A DNA stretch of 64,000 bases from Dehalococcoidia bacterium (GTDB taxonomy: Bacteria; Chloroflexota; Dehalococcoidia; Bin125), in assembly GCA_965203775.1 (NCBI GenBank), contig OZ241913.1, positions 1,081,390 to 1,145,389 on the forward strand, read 5' to 3'. The notes under the pieces were generated by a model. That model did no database searches and was not told where the DNA came from. It saw only the letters and a program-made list of their open reading frames with translations. Every line of letters begins with the position of its first letter. The stretch's first letter is position 1. Positions 9,405 to 18,167 of this stretch are shown piece after piece. The position numbers and the translations under genes were made by a program.

Positions 9405-10207
9405 CAGAGCCTGGCGTCGTCCGCGGCTGTCGGCTCGGCCACCGCCGGAATCACATACATCAGCGCCTGTTCCAGCGCCCGAATCGACCGCCCCAGATTG
9501 ATCCGCAGCCGCACCAACTCCCGCGCCAGACCCGGCCGACGCGCCAGCGCCGCCGCAATCACCAGCGGATTCGGGCGGCTCGCCCACGCCGCCGGCTCCG
9601 ACGGCACCTGCTCATCCACCGCGTCGATCACCACCCGCAGCGCGCCGAACGCGACGCCCCGCGCCGCGCAGACCGCCGCCCACTCCGCATCCTCCATCTG
9701 CACAATCGCCGCCCCCCGTTCCGCCGCCGCGCGCTTCTCCTCAAAGCTCGCCAGCACCACCGGCGAAGTCAGCGAGTCGCCCACCTCCGCCTGAATCCCC
9801 GCCCCGCTCAGCGCCCGCCAGGCTGCCTGCCGCAGATCCGCATCGCCGACCACCGCCGCGCCGCCCTCCGTCCGCAGCAGCCGATCGCTCACAATCACGT
9901 CCCCGCAGCGCAGATCCGCCCGCAGCCCGCCCGCGATCCCCACGCTCAGCACCGCCTGCAACGCTTCCGCCTCAAGCAACTGCTCCGCCGCCGCCCGCGC
10001 CGCCGCCGGCCCCGGACCGCTCACCACGCTCAGCGTCCGATCCGACGGCAGCAGGCTGCGCCCCCCGCGCGCCGCCCGCGCCTCCGCGGGCAGCGCCGCC
10101 ACGATCGCCAAGCGCCCGGTCCGGCCTGCATCCACCTGCGTCGCCTCCCAAACGCGAGTCTCGCACGGATTACCCTTCCACGCGGCTACCATTGTCCCCA
10201 CGACCAC
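9404..10207 (-). CDS. hpnG: PNP_UDP_1 family phosphorylase/nucleosidase, hopanoid-associated phosphorylase (HpnG)-like
   Basis: MTA/SAH-nucleosidase-like C-terminal region (AIVQMEDAEWAAVCAARGVAFGALRVVID). Context with the hpnA-like gene and nearby hpnH. Confidence 0.55.
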   Translation of the reverse strand: MVVGTMVAAWKGNPCETRVWEATQVDAGRTGRLAIVAALPAEARAARGGRSLLPSDRTLSVVSGPGPAAARAAAEQLLEAEALQAVLSVGIAGGLRADLRCGDVIVSDRLLRTEGGAAVVGDADLRQAAWRALSGAGIQAEVGDSLTSPVVLASFEEKRAAAERGAAIVQMEDAEWAAVCAARGVAFGALRVVIDAVDEQVPSEPAAWASRPNPLVIAAALARRPGLARELVRLRINLGRSIRALEQALMYVIPAVAEPTAADDARL

Positions 10208-10239
10208 CCGCGCGCAGCGACACCCGAAACGGAGCCGCC

Positions 10240-11034
10240 ATGTCCGAGACGACGTTCGAGACCGTCCTCTACGAACTCGAAGACCAGATCGCCACCATCA
10301 CCCTCAACCGCCCCGAGCGCCTCAACGCCCTCAACGGAACGCTCCTCCGCGAACTCCGCCAGGCCCTCGAAGCCGCCGCTTCCGACAACGACGCCCGCGT
10401 TGTCGTCCTCACCGGCGCCGGCCGACTGTTCAGCGCCGGCGGCGACCTCAAGGACGGCACCGGCGCCGAGCCCAACCTCGAAGCCAGTATCGGCTCGCTC
10501 ACCTACTTCGAGCGCAGCGCCCTGCTGCTGCACGAAATGGCCAAGCCCACCATCTGCGCGCTCAACGGCGGCGCCGCCGGCGCCGGCTGCTCAATCGCCC
10601 TCGCCGCCGACCTCCGCTACATGGTCGACTCCGCCTACCTCTACACCGCCTTCCTCAATGTCGGCGCCTCCGGCGACTTCGGCGGCACCTGGACCCTCCC
10701 CCGCCTCGTCGGACTCGCCCGCGCACGCGAGATGTACCTGCTGCCCGACAAGGTCGACGCCGAAACCGCGCAGCGCCTCGGCCTCGCCAACGGCGTCTTC
10801 CCCGCCGACGAACTCATGCTGAGCGTCCGCGCGATCGCCGAGCGCCTGCGCGACTCCCACCCGCTCGCCATGGGCCAGATCAAGGCCAACCTCAACGACG
10901 CCTTCTCAATCCCCTTCTCCGAAGCCCTCCGCCGTGAGGCCGACCGCATGCGCCGCCTCGGCCTCAGCGAAGACTCCGCCGAAGCACGCAACGCCTTCAT
11001 CGAAAAGCGCAAGCCGGTCTTTAAAGGCCGCTAA
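10240..11034 (+). CDS. enoyl-CoA hydratase/isomerase (crotonase) family protein
   Basis: ITLNRPERLNAL ... GGAAGAGCSIALAAD crotonase signatures. GGAG SD before the ATG at 10240. Confidence 0.8.
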   Translation: MSETTFETVLYELEDQIATITLNRPERLNALNGTLLRELRQALEAAASDNDARVVVLTGAGRLFSAGGDLKDGTGAEPNLEASIGSLTYFERSALLLHEMAKPTICALNGGAAGAGCSIALAADLRYMVDSAYLYTAFLNVGASGDFGGTWTLPRLVGLARAREMYLLPDKVDAETAQRLGLANGVFPADELMLSVRAIAERLRDSHPLAMGQIKANLNDAFSIPFSEALRREADRMRRLGLSEDSAEARNAFIEKRKPVFKGR

Positions 11035-11069
11035 CAGATTCAAAGGCCGCCAACGGAACGGAGCGCCAC

Positions 11070-11837
11070 ATGCTGCGGATGCGCCAAATCTGCCTCGTCG
11101 CCGAAGACCTCGACACCATCGAAGCCCACCTGCGCGGCGTCTTCGGACTCGAAATCTGCTACCGCGACGAAGGCGTCGCCGCCTTCGGATTGCACAACTT
11201 CCTCATGCCCGTCGGCGACAACTTCCTCGAAGTCGTCTCCCCGCTCCGACCCGGCACCGCCGGCGGACGCTTCCTCCAGCGCCGCGGCGGCGACGGCGGC
11301 TACATGGTGATCATGCAGTGCGACGACATCGCCGCCCGCCGCGCCCACGTCGCCGAACTCGGCATCCGCCTCGTCAACGACTCCCCCGGCGAGCGCTCCG
11401 ACGGCATCCAGCTGCACCCCAAGGATGTCCCCGGCGCAATCGCCGAACTGCGCTGGAACGAAGGCGACGACGACCCCGCCGGCCCCTGGCAGCCCGCTGG
11501 CCCCAACTGGCTCCCCGCCCAACGCGCCGAGATCATCGCCCGCATGACCGCCGCCGAGCTCCAGTCCGACAACCCGCAAGCAATGGCCGCCCGCTGGTCC
11601 GAAGTACTCCAGCGCCCCCAAACCCAAAACAACGCCGGCCAACCCACCATCGCCCTCGACGACGCCCAACTCCGCTTCGTCGAAGCAACCGACGGCCGCG
11701 GCGACGGCCTCAGCGGCCTCGATGTGGAAACAGTGGACCACCCCCACATCATCCAGGCCGCCCGCCACCACGAACTGAAAATCTCCAACGACGAAACCAC
11801 CATCACCCTCTGCGGCATCCACTTCCGCCTCACCTAA
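11070..11837 (+). CDS. VOC/glyoxalase-like domain protein
   Basis: 255 aa ORF. Glyoxalase-like N-terminal region. Weak family assignment. Confidence 0.5.
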   Translation: MLRMRQICLVAEDLDTIEAHLRGVFGLEICYRDEGVAAFGLHNFLMPVGDNFLEVVSPLRPGTAGGRFLQRRGGDGGYMVIMQCDDIAARRAHVAELGIRLVNDSPGERSDGIQLHPKDVPGAIAELRWNEGDDDPAGPWQPAGPNWLPAQRAEIIARMTAAELQSDNPQAMAARWSEVLQRPQTQNNAGQPTIALDDAQLRFVEATDGRGDGLSGLDVETVDHPHIIQAARHHELKISNDETTITLCGIHFRLT

Positions 11838-11976
11838 CCCCACCCCCACCGCCACCCCCGCACAGGCAGGAACCCCACCGTCATTCCTGCGCCCCCCACC
11901 GTCATTCCTGCGCAGGCAGGAACCCGCGCACCCACCCCGCGCACCCACCCTCCGCCACCCCTGCGCCCCCCCACCG

Positions 11977-13000
11977 TCATTCCTGCGCAGGCAGGAATGT
12001 GGAGTCAGCTTGCAAATGCAACAGTTGGTTGTGGAGCACTTCGGCGGGGGTCTGGTAGTCGAGGCACTTGCGGGGGGTGTTGTTGGCGGCGCGGATGACG
12101 GCGTGGAGCGCGGCGGCGGAGAGCGCGTTGAGGTCGGTGTTGCGGTGCAGGCGGCGGCGCAGCCGGCCGATCGCGTTCTCCACGCCGCCCTTCTGCCAGG
12201 GCGAATGCGGGTCGCAGAAGAACGTCTCGATGCCCAGGTCGTGGAGCCGGTGATGGCGGACGAACTCGGAGCCGTTGTCGAAGGTCGCGCTGCGCCGGAG
12301 GGCCGGCGGGAGGCGCCGGAACAGCCCGCGCAGGACGCGGCTGAGCAGCTCGGCGGCCTTGCTCGGCAGAGCCGCGGCGAGCAGCGCGCGGGAGCGGCGC
12401 TCCTGCAGCACGAGCAGCGGCGGGCGCCCCTGGCCGAAGCTCATCAGGTCCACCTCCCAGTGGCCGTAGACCAGCCGCGCGTCGGCCTCGGGCGGGCGCT
12501 CGCTGAGCGGGCGGCGCTCCTGCAGGTAATCGGTCGAGCCGCGCGCGCCGCGCGTGCGGCTGTAGCCGCGCTTGACCCGCCCGCGGGGCAGATAGCGGGC
12601 GAAGCGGTAGTCCTTGGTGCGGGCGATCTGGGCGTGGATGAAGCGGTAGATGCTCTCGGGCGAGATCACATGCCGCCCGGCTTCGCGTTTGAGCCGTCCG
12701 GCGACCTGCTGGGGCGAGAGGCCGGCGGCGAGCATGTTCAGCACCTGCTCGCGCAGTTCGGCGTCGCGCTCCAGCCGCAAGCCGCGGAAGCCCAGTCATG
12801 CAGTGGGCGCGGGTTTGCTGCTGGGCGTAGTCCGGGTCGTAGCCGCCGTCGGCGCGCGCGTTGCGCTTCAACTCTCGAGTAATCGTCGCTGGCGCGCGAT
12901 CCAGAGTTGCCGCGATTTGCCGCGCGGAGCGGCCCTCGGCGTGTAGTCGGGCCAGCCGCCAGCGCTCCTCGCGGCTGAGCTGCGTGTGCGTTCGGGCCAT
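11977..13000 (-). pseudogene. IS30-family transposase, frameshifted (HTH N-terminus in one frame, DDE core in another)
   Basis: N-terminal MARTHTQLSREERWRLARLHAEGRSARQIAATLDRAPATITRELKRN in frame 12005..13000. DDE core (HWEVDLM, FDNGSEF, CDPHSPWQKGGVENAIGRLRR) in frame 11977..12780. Frames switch near 12780-12800. Confidence 0.7.
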
Positions 13001-13440
13001 CGCTCCACCTCCAACATCCGTTGCACCCCAAGCGCCAACTTAGCGAACCCAGACGACTCCAGGGCCGTTCACGCTAAGCGCGCCCACCACCCGCCCCTTC
13101 CCCAATTCATCCCTCCCCCCTTCCAGGGGGGAGGTTAGGTGGGGGGTGGGAGGCCCCGAGTGTCCACCAGCGGCCGAGCCGCAGCCCGCACCCTCCAAGA
13201 CGCATCCACACTCCCTTCACCCCCGCGCCCCTCTTCCGCCACCCCCGCGCCCCCCTCTCCGTCATTCCTGCGCAGGCAGGAACCACCCACCCCCTTCCCC
13301 AATTCATCCCTCCCCCCTTTTAGGGGGGAGGTTAGGTGGGGGGTGGGAGGCCCCGAGCGTCCACCAGCGGCCGAGCGGCAGCCCGCGCCCTCCAAGGCGC
13401 ATCCACACCCCCGCTCCCCCCAGCTATCACACAGGCGCCC

Positions 13441-13522
13441 CACTGGTGTAAAGTGACAACCGTGAACCACACCGCCAACCTCCCGACCGCCGCCCAACGC
13501 GCCCGCCGCGCGGCAGCGGCGC
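13441..13522 (+). promoter_or_regulatory. conserved leader (about 80 bp) shared by the three RCC1-like genes, candidate -10 TAAAGT
   Basis: Near-identical to 34347-34431. Related to 48741-48821 (TGGTGTAGAGT variant). Confidence 0.35.
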
Positions 13523-15310
13523 TTGCCCGATCGGGGGGGGGGGGGGGATAAATTCCTCCCGATCGCCCTAGCGATCGCCGCGCTCCTACTCGCCGCCCTG
13601 ACCCTCGCTCAAGCCGCCACGCCCACCTCAACCAGCCGCTACCTCGCGCTCGACGCCGGCGGCGAGCATCAATGCACGCTCCGAGCCGACGGCGCAATCC
13701 GCTGCTGGGGCGGCAACTCCGCCGAGCTGCGCGATGTTCCGGAGGGGCGCTACGCCGCCGTCAGCGCCGGGGCTTGGCACAACTGCGCAATTCGGCGGGG
13801 GAGCGGGGCGGTCGTCTGTTGGGGCGGCGACTCGAACGCGCCTGACGGCGCGTTCAGCGAGATCGCCGTCGGCTGGCAGTTCGCCTGCGGCGTGCGCGAA
13901 ACGGGCGAGCTTGAGTGCTGGGGAACCAGCAGCTTCGGCCGCAGCGTGCTCGACTACGGGCAGGCCGAGCCGCCGGAGGGGGAGTTCAGCGCGGTTAGCG
14001 CGGGCTATCTGCACGCCTGCGGGCTGCGGACGACGGGAGAAGTTGCCTGTTGGGGGCGCGCCAACCTTGGGCGCACTGATGCGCCCGAGGGAGTCTTCAC
14101 GCAGGTGAGCGCGGGCACGACGCACTCCTGCGCGCTGCGCGAGAGTGGCGCGGTGGAGTGCTGGGGTCTGAACAACTTCGGGCAGTTGGATGCGCCGTCG
14201 GGCGTCTTCACTCAAGTGAGCGCCGGCGCGTGGCACTCCTGCGGGTTGCGCGAATCGGGGGTCATCGAATGCTGGGGGGATGATCGCTATGGGCAGTCCA
14301 ACGCCCCGTCCGGGCGCTACCTCGCTGTGAGCGCGGGAACGCGCCATTCCTGCGCCCTAAGCCGCGCGAGTGCTCGCTGCTGGGGCGGGCAGGATGATCG
14401 CCTGCTCGAGCTGATCGCGGGGCTCTCCCCGACAAGCGCCCCCCGGACCGTCGCTGCTCCCTCAATCCCTGATGAGGACGGCGCAACACCGGACCCGCCG
14501 ACGCCCACGCCGACATCCACGACATTCACCGCTGTCAGCGCGGGCGGGCGGCACACTTGCGCTTTGAAGAGCACCGGGGCGATCGACTGCTGGGGCGCGA
14601 ACGCATACGGCCAGAGCACGGATCCGACGGGCACATTCACCGCCGTCAGCGCGGGCATTTGGCATACTTGCGCCGTGACCAGCGCAGGTACGATCTCCTG
14701 CTGGGGGTTGAGCACGGAGCAACGGACCAACGCGCCGTCGGGCAGCTTTACGGCGGTCGGAGCCGGCGACCAACACAGCTGCGGCCTGCGCAGCACCGGG
14801 GCGGTCGAATGCTGGGGCAACAATCTGCATGGGCAAAGCAACGATCCGACAGGCAGCTTTACAGCGATCAGCGTCGGCACGAATCACAGCTGCGGCCTGC
14901 TGAGCAGCGGCGCGCTCTCGTGTTGGGGGCACAGCGGCAGCAATCGGCTCAACGCGCCGTCGGGCAGCTTCAGCGCGGTCAGCGCCGGCGGGCAGCACAG
15001 TTGCGCCATCACCAGTGCCGGCGCAATCGACTGCTGGGGGTACGGTGCCAACGGGCGAGCCGATGACCAGAGCGGCAATTTCAGCGTGGTGAGCGTGGGC
15101 GACGGGCACAGCTGCGCCGTGACTAGCGCGGGAGCGATCTCGTGCTGGGGACTGGATACTCGGCGCCAAGTGCGCGATGCGCCCTCCTCAGGCACGTTCA
15201 CGGCGGTCAGCGCGGGCCTCGATCACACCTGCGGCATCAAGGCCGACGGCACGATCTCCTGTTGGGGCCGAAACATCGAAGACCAGGCACCGGCGACGCG
15301 CTCGCCCTGA
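13523..15310 (+). CDS. secreted RCC1/BLIP-II-like repeat protein (two beta-propeller domains joined by a PT-rich linker), paralog 1. G15 tract at 13533-13547 inside codons 5-9
   Basis: TTG start. MPDRGGGGDK then signal-peptide-like IALAIAALLLAALTLAQA. Repeated CWG..G(Q/R)...P.G.F..VSAG..H.C motifs about every 50 aa. Confidence 0.7.
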   Translation: MPDRGGGGDKFLPIALAIAALLLAALTLAQAATPTSTSRYLALDAGGEHQCTLRADGAIRCWGGNSAELRDVPEGRYAAVSAGAWHNCAIRRGSGAVVCWGGDSNAPDGAFSEIAVGWQFACGVRETGELECWGTSSFGRSVLDYGQAEPPEGEFSAVSAGYLHACGLRTTGEVACWGRANLGRTDAPEGVFTQVSAGTTHSCALRESGAVECWGLNNFGQLDAPSGVFTQVSAGAWHSCGLRESGVIECWGDDRYGQSNAPSGRYLAVSAGTRHSCALSRASARCWGGQDDRLLELIAGLSPTSAPRTVAAPSIPDEDGATPDPPTPTPTSTTFTAVSAGGRHTCALKSTGAIDCWGANAYGQSTDPTGTFTAVSAGIWHTCAVTSAGTISCWGLSTEQRTNAPSGSFTAVGAGDQHSCGLRSTGAVECWGNNLHGQSNDPTGSFTAISVGTNHSCGLLSSGALSCWGHSGSNRLNAPSGSFSAVSAGGQHSCAITSAGAIDCWGYGANGRADDQSGNFSVVSVGDGHSCAVTSAGAISCWGLDTRRQVRDAPSSGTFTAVSAGLDHTCGIKADGTISCWGRNIEDQAPATRSP

Positions 15311-15354
15311 GCGGGTTCCTGCCTGCGCAGGAATGACGAAAGCGTGAACAGCCC

Positions 15355-16362
15355 CTACCGAATCGCCCCCGTCAACGCCCGCAGCCCACGCCTCACATTC
15401 TGCGTCGCATCGATCACCGCCGTCGCCTCATAGCCCGAATGCACCATGCAGTCCACGCACTTCGGGTTCCCGCTCGCCACCCCGTAATTCTCCCACTCCG
15501 TCTCCTCGATCAACTCCCGGAACGTCTCCGCGTACCCCTCGTCCATCAGGTAGCACGGACGCTGCCAGCCGAACACCGTCCGCGTCGGATTCCCCCACGG
15601 CGTGCAGTCGTACTCGATCTCCCCCTTGAGAAAATCGAGAAACAGCCGCGAATGGTTGAACGTCCAGCGCTCCGGCGCGTCATCCAGAATCTCGCGGAAC
15701 AACTCCTTCGTCTGATTCCGCGCCAGAAAATGCTCCTGATCCGGCGCCTTCTCATACGGATAGCCCGGCGAGATCATCAGCCCGTCCACGCCCAACTCCG
15801 TCAGACGCTCGAACATCCCCCGAATCCGCTCCGGGTTCGCGCCCAGGAAAAACGTGCTGTTCGTCGTCACCCGAAAGCCGCGCTCCTTCGCCGCCGAAAT
15901 CGCGCGAATCGCCACATCCCACACCCCGTCGCGGCAGACCGACGCATCGTGATCCGCCTCCAGCCCGTCCACATGCACCGAGAATGTCAGATACGGGCTC
16001 GGCTCGAACTCATCCAGCTTCCGCTCCAGCAGCAGCGCGTTGGTGCAGAGATAGACGAACTTGCGCCGCTCGACGAAGCCCCGCGTGATCTCCCCGATCT
16101 CGTTGTGAATCAGCGGCTCGCCTCCCGCAATCGAGACCACCGGCGCGCCGCACTCCTCGATCGCCGCCCAGCACTCCTGCGGCGACAGCCGCCGACGCAA
16201 AATCTCCGTCGGATGCTGAATCTTGCCGCAGCCCGCGCACTCCAGATTGCACTGCAGCAGCGGCTCCAGCATCAGCACCAGCGGGTAGCGCTCCACCCCC
16301 CGCACGCGCTGCCCCAGCACATACTTCCCGACCTCAAACGACTGCCGCAGCGGAATGCCCAC
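15355..16362 (-). CDS. hpnH: hopanoid biosynthesis-associated radical SAM protein HpnH (adenosylhopane synthase)
   Basis: YPLVLMLEPLLQCNLECAGCGKIQ radical-SAM CxxxCxxC and HpnH-like length. GTG start at 16360-16362 chosen because the upstream 34 codons are encoded by a module-A repeat. Confidence 0.7.
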   Translation of the reverse strand: MGIPLRQSFEVGKYVLGQRVRGVERYPLVLMLEPLLQCNLECAGCGKIQHPTEILRRRLSPQECWAAIEECGAPVVSIAGGEPLIHNEIGEITRGFVERRKFVYLCTNALLLERKLDEFEPSPYLTFSVHVDGLEADHDASVCRDGVWDVAIRAISAAKERGFRVTTNSTFFLGANPERIRGMFERLTELGVDGLMISPGYPYEKAPDQEHFLARNQTKELFREILDDAPERWTFNHSRLFLDFLKGEIEYDCTPWGNPTRTVFGWQRPCYLMDEGYAETFRELIEETEWENYGVASGNPKCVDCMVHSGYEATAVIDATQNVRRGLRALTGAIR

Positions 16363-16389
16363 AGAGCACACCCCAATCGATTCGCGATT

Positions 16390-16625
16390 CAAAGCCACAC
16401 TACAGCATCCCGCCCCCCAACCGTCATTCCCGCGCAGCCAGGAACCCGCGCCCCCTCTCGTCATTCCTGCGCAGGCAGGAACCCACCACCGTCATTCCTG
16501 CGCCCCCTCTCGTCATTCCTGCGCAGGCAGGAACCCACCACCGTCATACCCACTCCCACCACCGTCATACCCGCGCCCCCTCTCGTCATTCCTGCGCAGG
16601 CAGGAACCACCCGCCCTAAGCCCGA
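16390..16625. repeat. REP-like module-A array (5 copies with 7-21 bp spacers)
   Basis: GTCATTCCTGCGCAGGCAGGAAC repeated with near-identical short spacers. Confidence 0.9.
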
Positions 16626-17212
16626 ACACCCGCCCCCAACGCCCGCCGATAATCCTCCGCCGTGTTCAAATTAAGCAACACCCCCGCATCCCCCACCTCC
16701 ACAAAAATCGTCCGCTCCCGCCAGCGACGCCGCACCTCCCGCAGACCCTCCCCCCGCTCCGACGCCCGCCGCAACTCCGGCAGCAGCGCCGCGTCGAACA
16801 CCGGCGGATGCCCGTTCCGCCCGCCGTGGCGAGGCACCGCAATCCGCGCCTCCCGATTGGCCCCAAGCGCCTCAACCAACGCCCGCACCGCCGACGCCGA
16901 GCACGGCTGATCCACGCTCGCCACCACCACCCGCTCCACATGCCGCGGCACCGCCCGCGCCCCCGCCCGAATCGACCCCGCCCGCCCCTCCCGCCACGCC
17001 CCGTTGATCGTCCACCGCGCCCCGCGCGGCAACGCCCGCCGCACCGCGCCCGACCGCGCGCCCAGCACCACAATCACCGGATCGCAGCCCGCCGCCGCCA
17101 GCGCCGCCACCTGCGCCGCGACCAGCGGACGCCCGCCCCAATCGAGCAGCGCCTTCGACTCCCCCATCCGCGACGATGCCCCCGCCGCCAGCAGAATCGC
17201 CGCCGTACTCAC
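16616..17212 (-). CDS. MobA-like NTP transferase domain protein (MocA/MobA family, molybdenum cofactor nucleotidyltransferase)
   Basis: AAILLAAGASSRMGESKALLDWGGRPLV N-terminal signature. GTG at 17210-17212. Confidence 0.65.
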   Translation of the reverse strand: MSTAAILLAAGASSRMGESKALLDWGGRPLVAAQVAALAAAGCDPVIVVLGARSGAVRRALPRGARWTINGAWREGRAGSIRAGARAVPRHVERVVVASVDQPCSASAVRALVEALGANREARIAVPRHGGRNGHPPVFDAALLPELRRASERGEGLREVRRRWRERTIFVEVGDAGVLLNLNTAEDYRRALGAGVRA

Positions 17213-17784
17213 GCCGCCGCCCGTTCCAGCGCCAGCAGCAGCGCCGCCCGCGCCGCCGCCGCCAGACATTCAAGCGCCGCCTCATCGATCACATCCCCCA
17301 CGCCGAACGGTTGCGCCTCGATCCGCGCCGTCTCCCCCGCGATCTCCACCAGCTGCGCCGACGCCGCCCGCCCGCGCAGCGCACCCTCGATCTGCCGCGC
17401 CCGCAGCGGGTACGGCGCGACGCCGACGATCACCACCGCCGCGTCCCCAATCCGCCCGCCGCGCAGCCGCAGCGCCAGCGCGACGCCCGGATCGCTTGAT
17501 CGTCCCCCCCCAACCCAGGCGCTCGCCGCCTCCCCGACCGGCGCGGCGAGCGCCCGCGCCCCGGACAAATCCACCGTCCCATCGTCCAGCAGCCGCTCTT
17601 CCAGCGCGACCGACGCCCCGCCGTCCAGCTCCAGCGCCGCGCCGCCCGCAATCAACGCCGCCAGGAGTGGACCGTTCAGCGCGCAGCGCAACGCCGCGCC
17701 GCCCGCGCCCGCGCAGACATCGCCCAGCGCCGACGCAGCCGCAACAGCGCCGCAATCGATCGCCGCATCAAGCAGCAGGCGCAT
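17209..17784 (-). CDS. hypothetical Ala/Gly-rich protein (possibly an XdhC/CoxI-type molybdoenzyme accessory factor)
   Basis: 4-bp overlaps with both neighbours suggest an operon. Family not recognisable from sequence alone. Confidence 0.35.
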   Translation of the reverse strand: MRLLLDAAIDCGAVAAASALGDVCAGAGGAALRCALNGPLLAALIAGGAALELDGGASVALEERLLDDGTVDLSGARALAAPVGEAASAWVGGGRSSDPGVALALRLRGGRIGDAAVVIVGVAPYPLRARQIEGALRGRAASAQLVEIAGETARIEAQPFGVGDVIDEAALECLAAAARAALLLALERAAA

Positions 17785-18167
17785 TATGCCCGCGCGCGGT
17801 AGTCCGCCAGCGCCCGCTTGAGCGCCGCCGCCGCCAGCACCGAGCAGTGAATCTTGCTCTTCGGCAGACCCCCCACCGCGTCCACGAAATCCTGCCGCTT
17901 CAGCTGCGCCGCCTCGTCGAGCGGCATCCCGATCAGCACCTCCGTCGCCACCGAGCTCGTCGCGATCGCCGCCGCGCAGCCCCGCGTCAGAAAGCGCGCC
18001 TCCGCAATCCGCTCCTGCTCAATCCGCAGCATCAGCCGCATGTGGTCGCCGCAGACCGGATTCCGCTCCTCGCCCACTGCGTTCGCTTCCGCCAGCTCGC
18101 CCGCGTTGCGCGGATTGCGGAAATGATCCAGCACCGTCTCGTTATAGGCCTGCAGATCGCCGGCCAT
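17784..18167 (-). CDS. IscU/SufU-like Fe-S cluster assembly scaffold (NifU N-terminal domain)
   Basis: NPVCGDHMRLMLRI, GCAAAIATSS, HCSVLAAAALKRAL motifs. AAGGAGG SD before the ATG at 18165-18167. Confidence 0.75.
   Translation of the reverse strand: MAGDLQAYNETVLDHFRNPRNAGELAEANAVGEERNPVCGDHMRLMLRIEQERIAEARFLTRGCAAAIATSSVATEVLIGMPLDEAAQLKRQDFVDAVGGLPKSKIHCSVLAAAALKRALADYRARA

Noticed and set aside
13533-13547. Possibility that the G15/G15/G18/G14 tracts are purely homopolymer sequencing or assembly errors
   Set aside because: Not fully rejected. But four independent tracts all fall at functionally meaningful positions (codons 5-9 of three paralogues, between two MTase motifs). Three are in-frame as assembled, with lengths differing by a codon. 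That argues for real biological homopolymers. Read-level data are needed.
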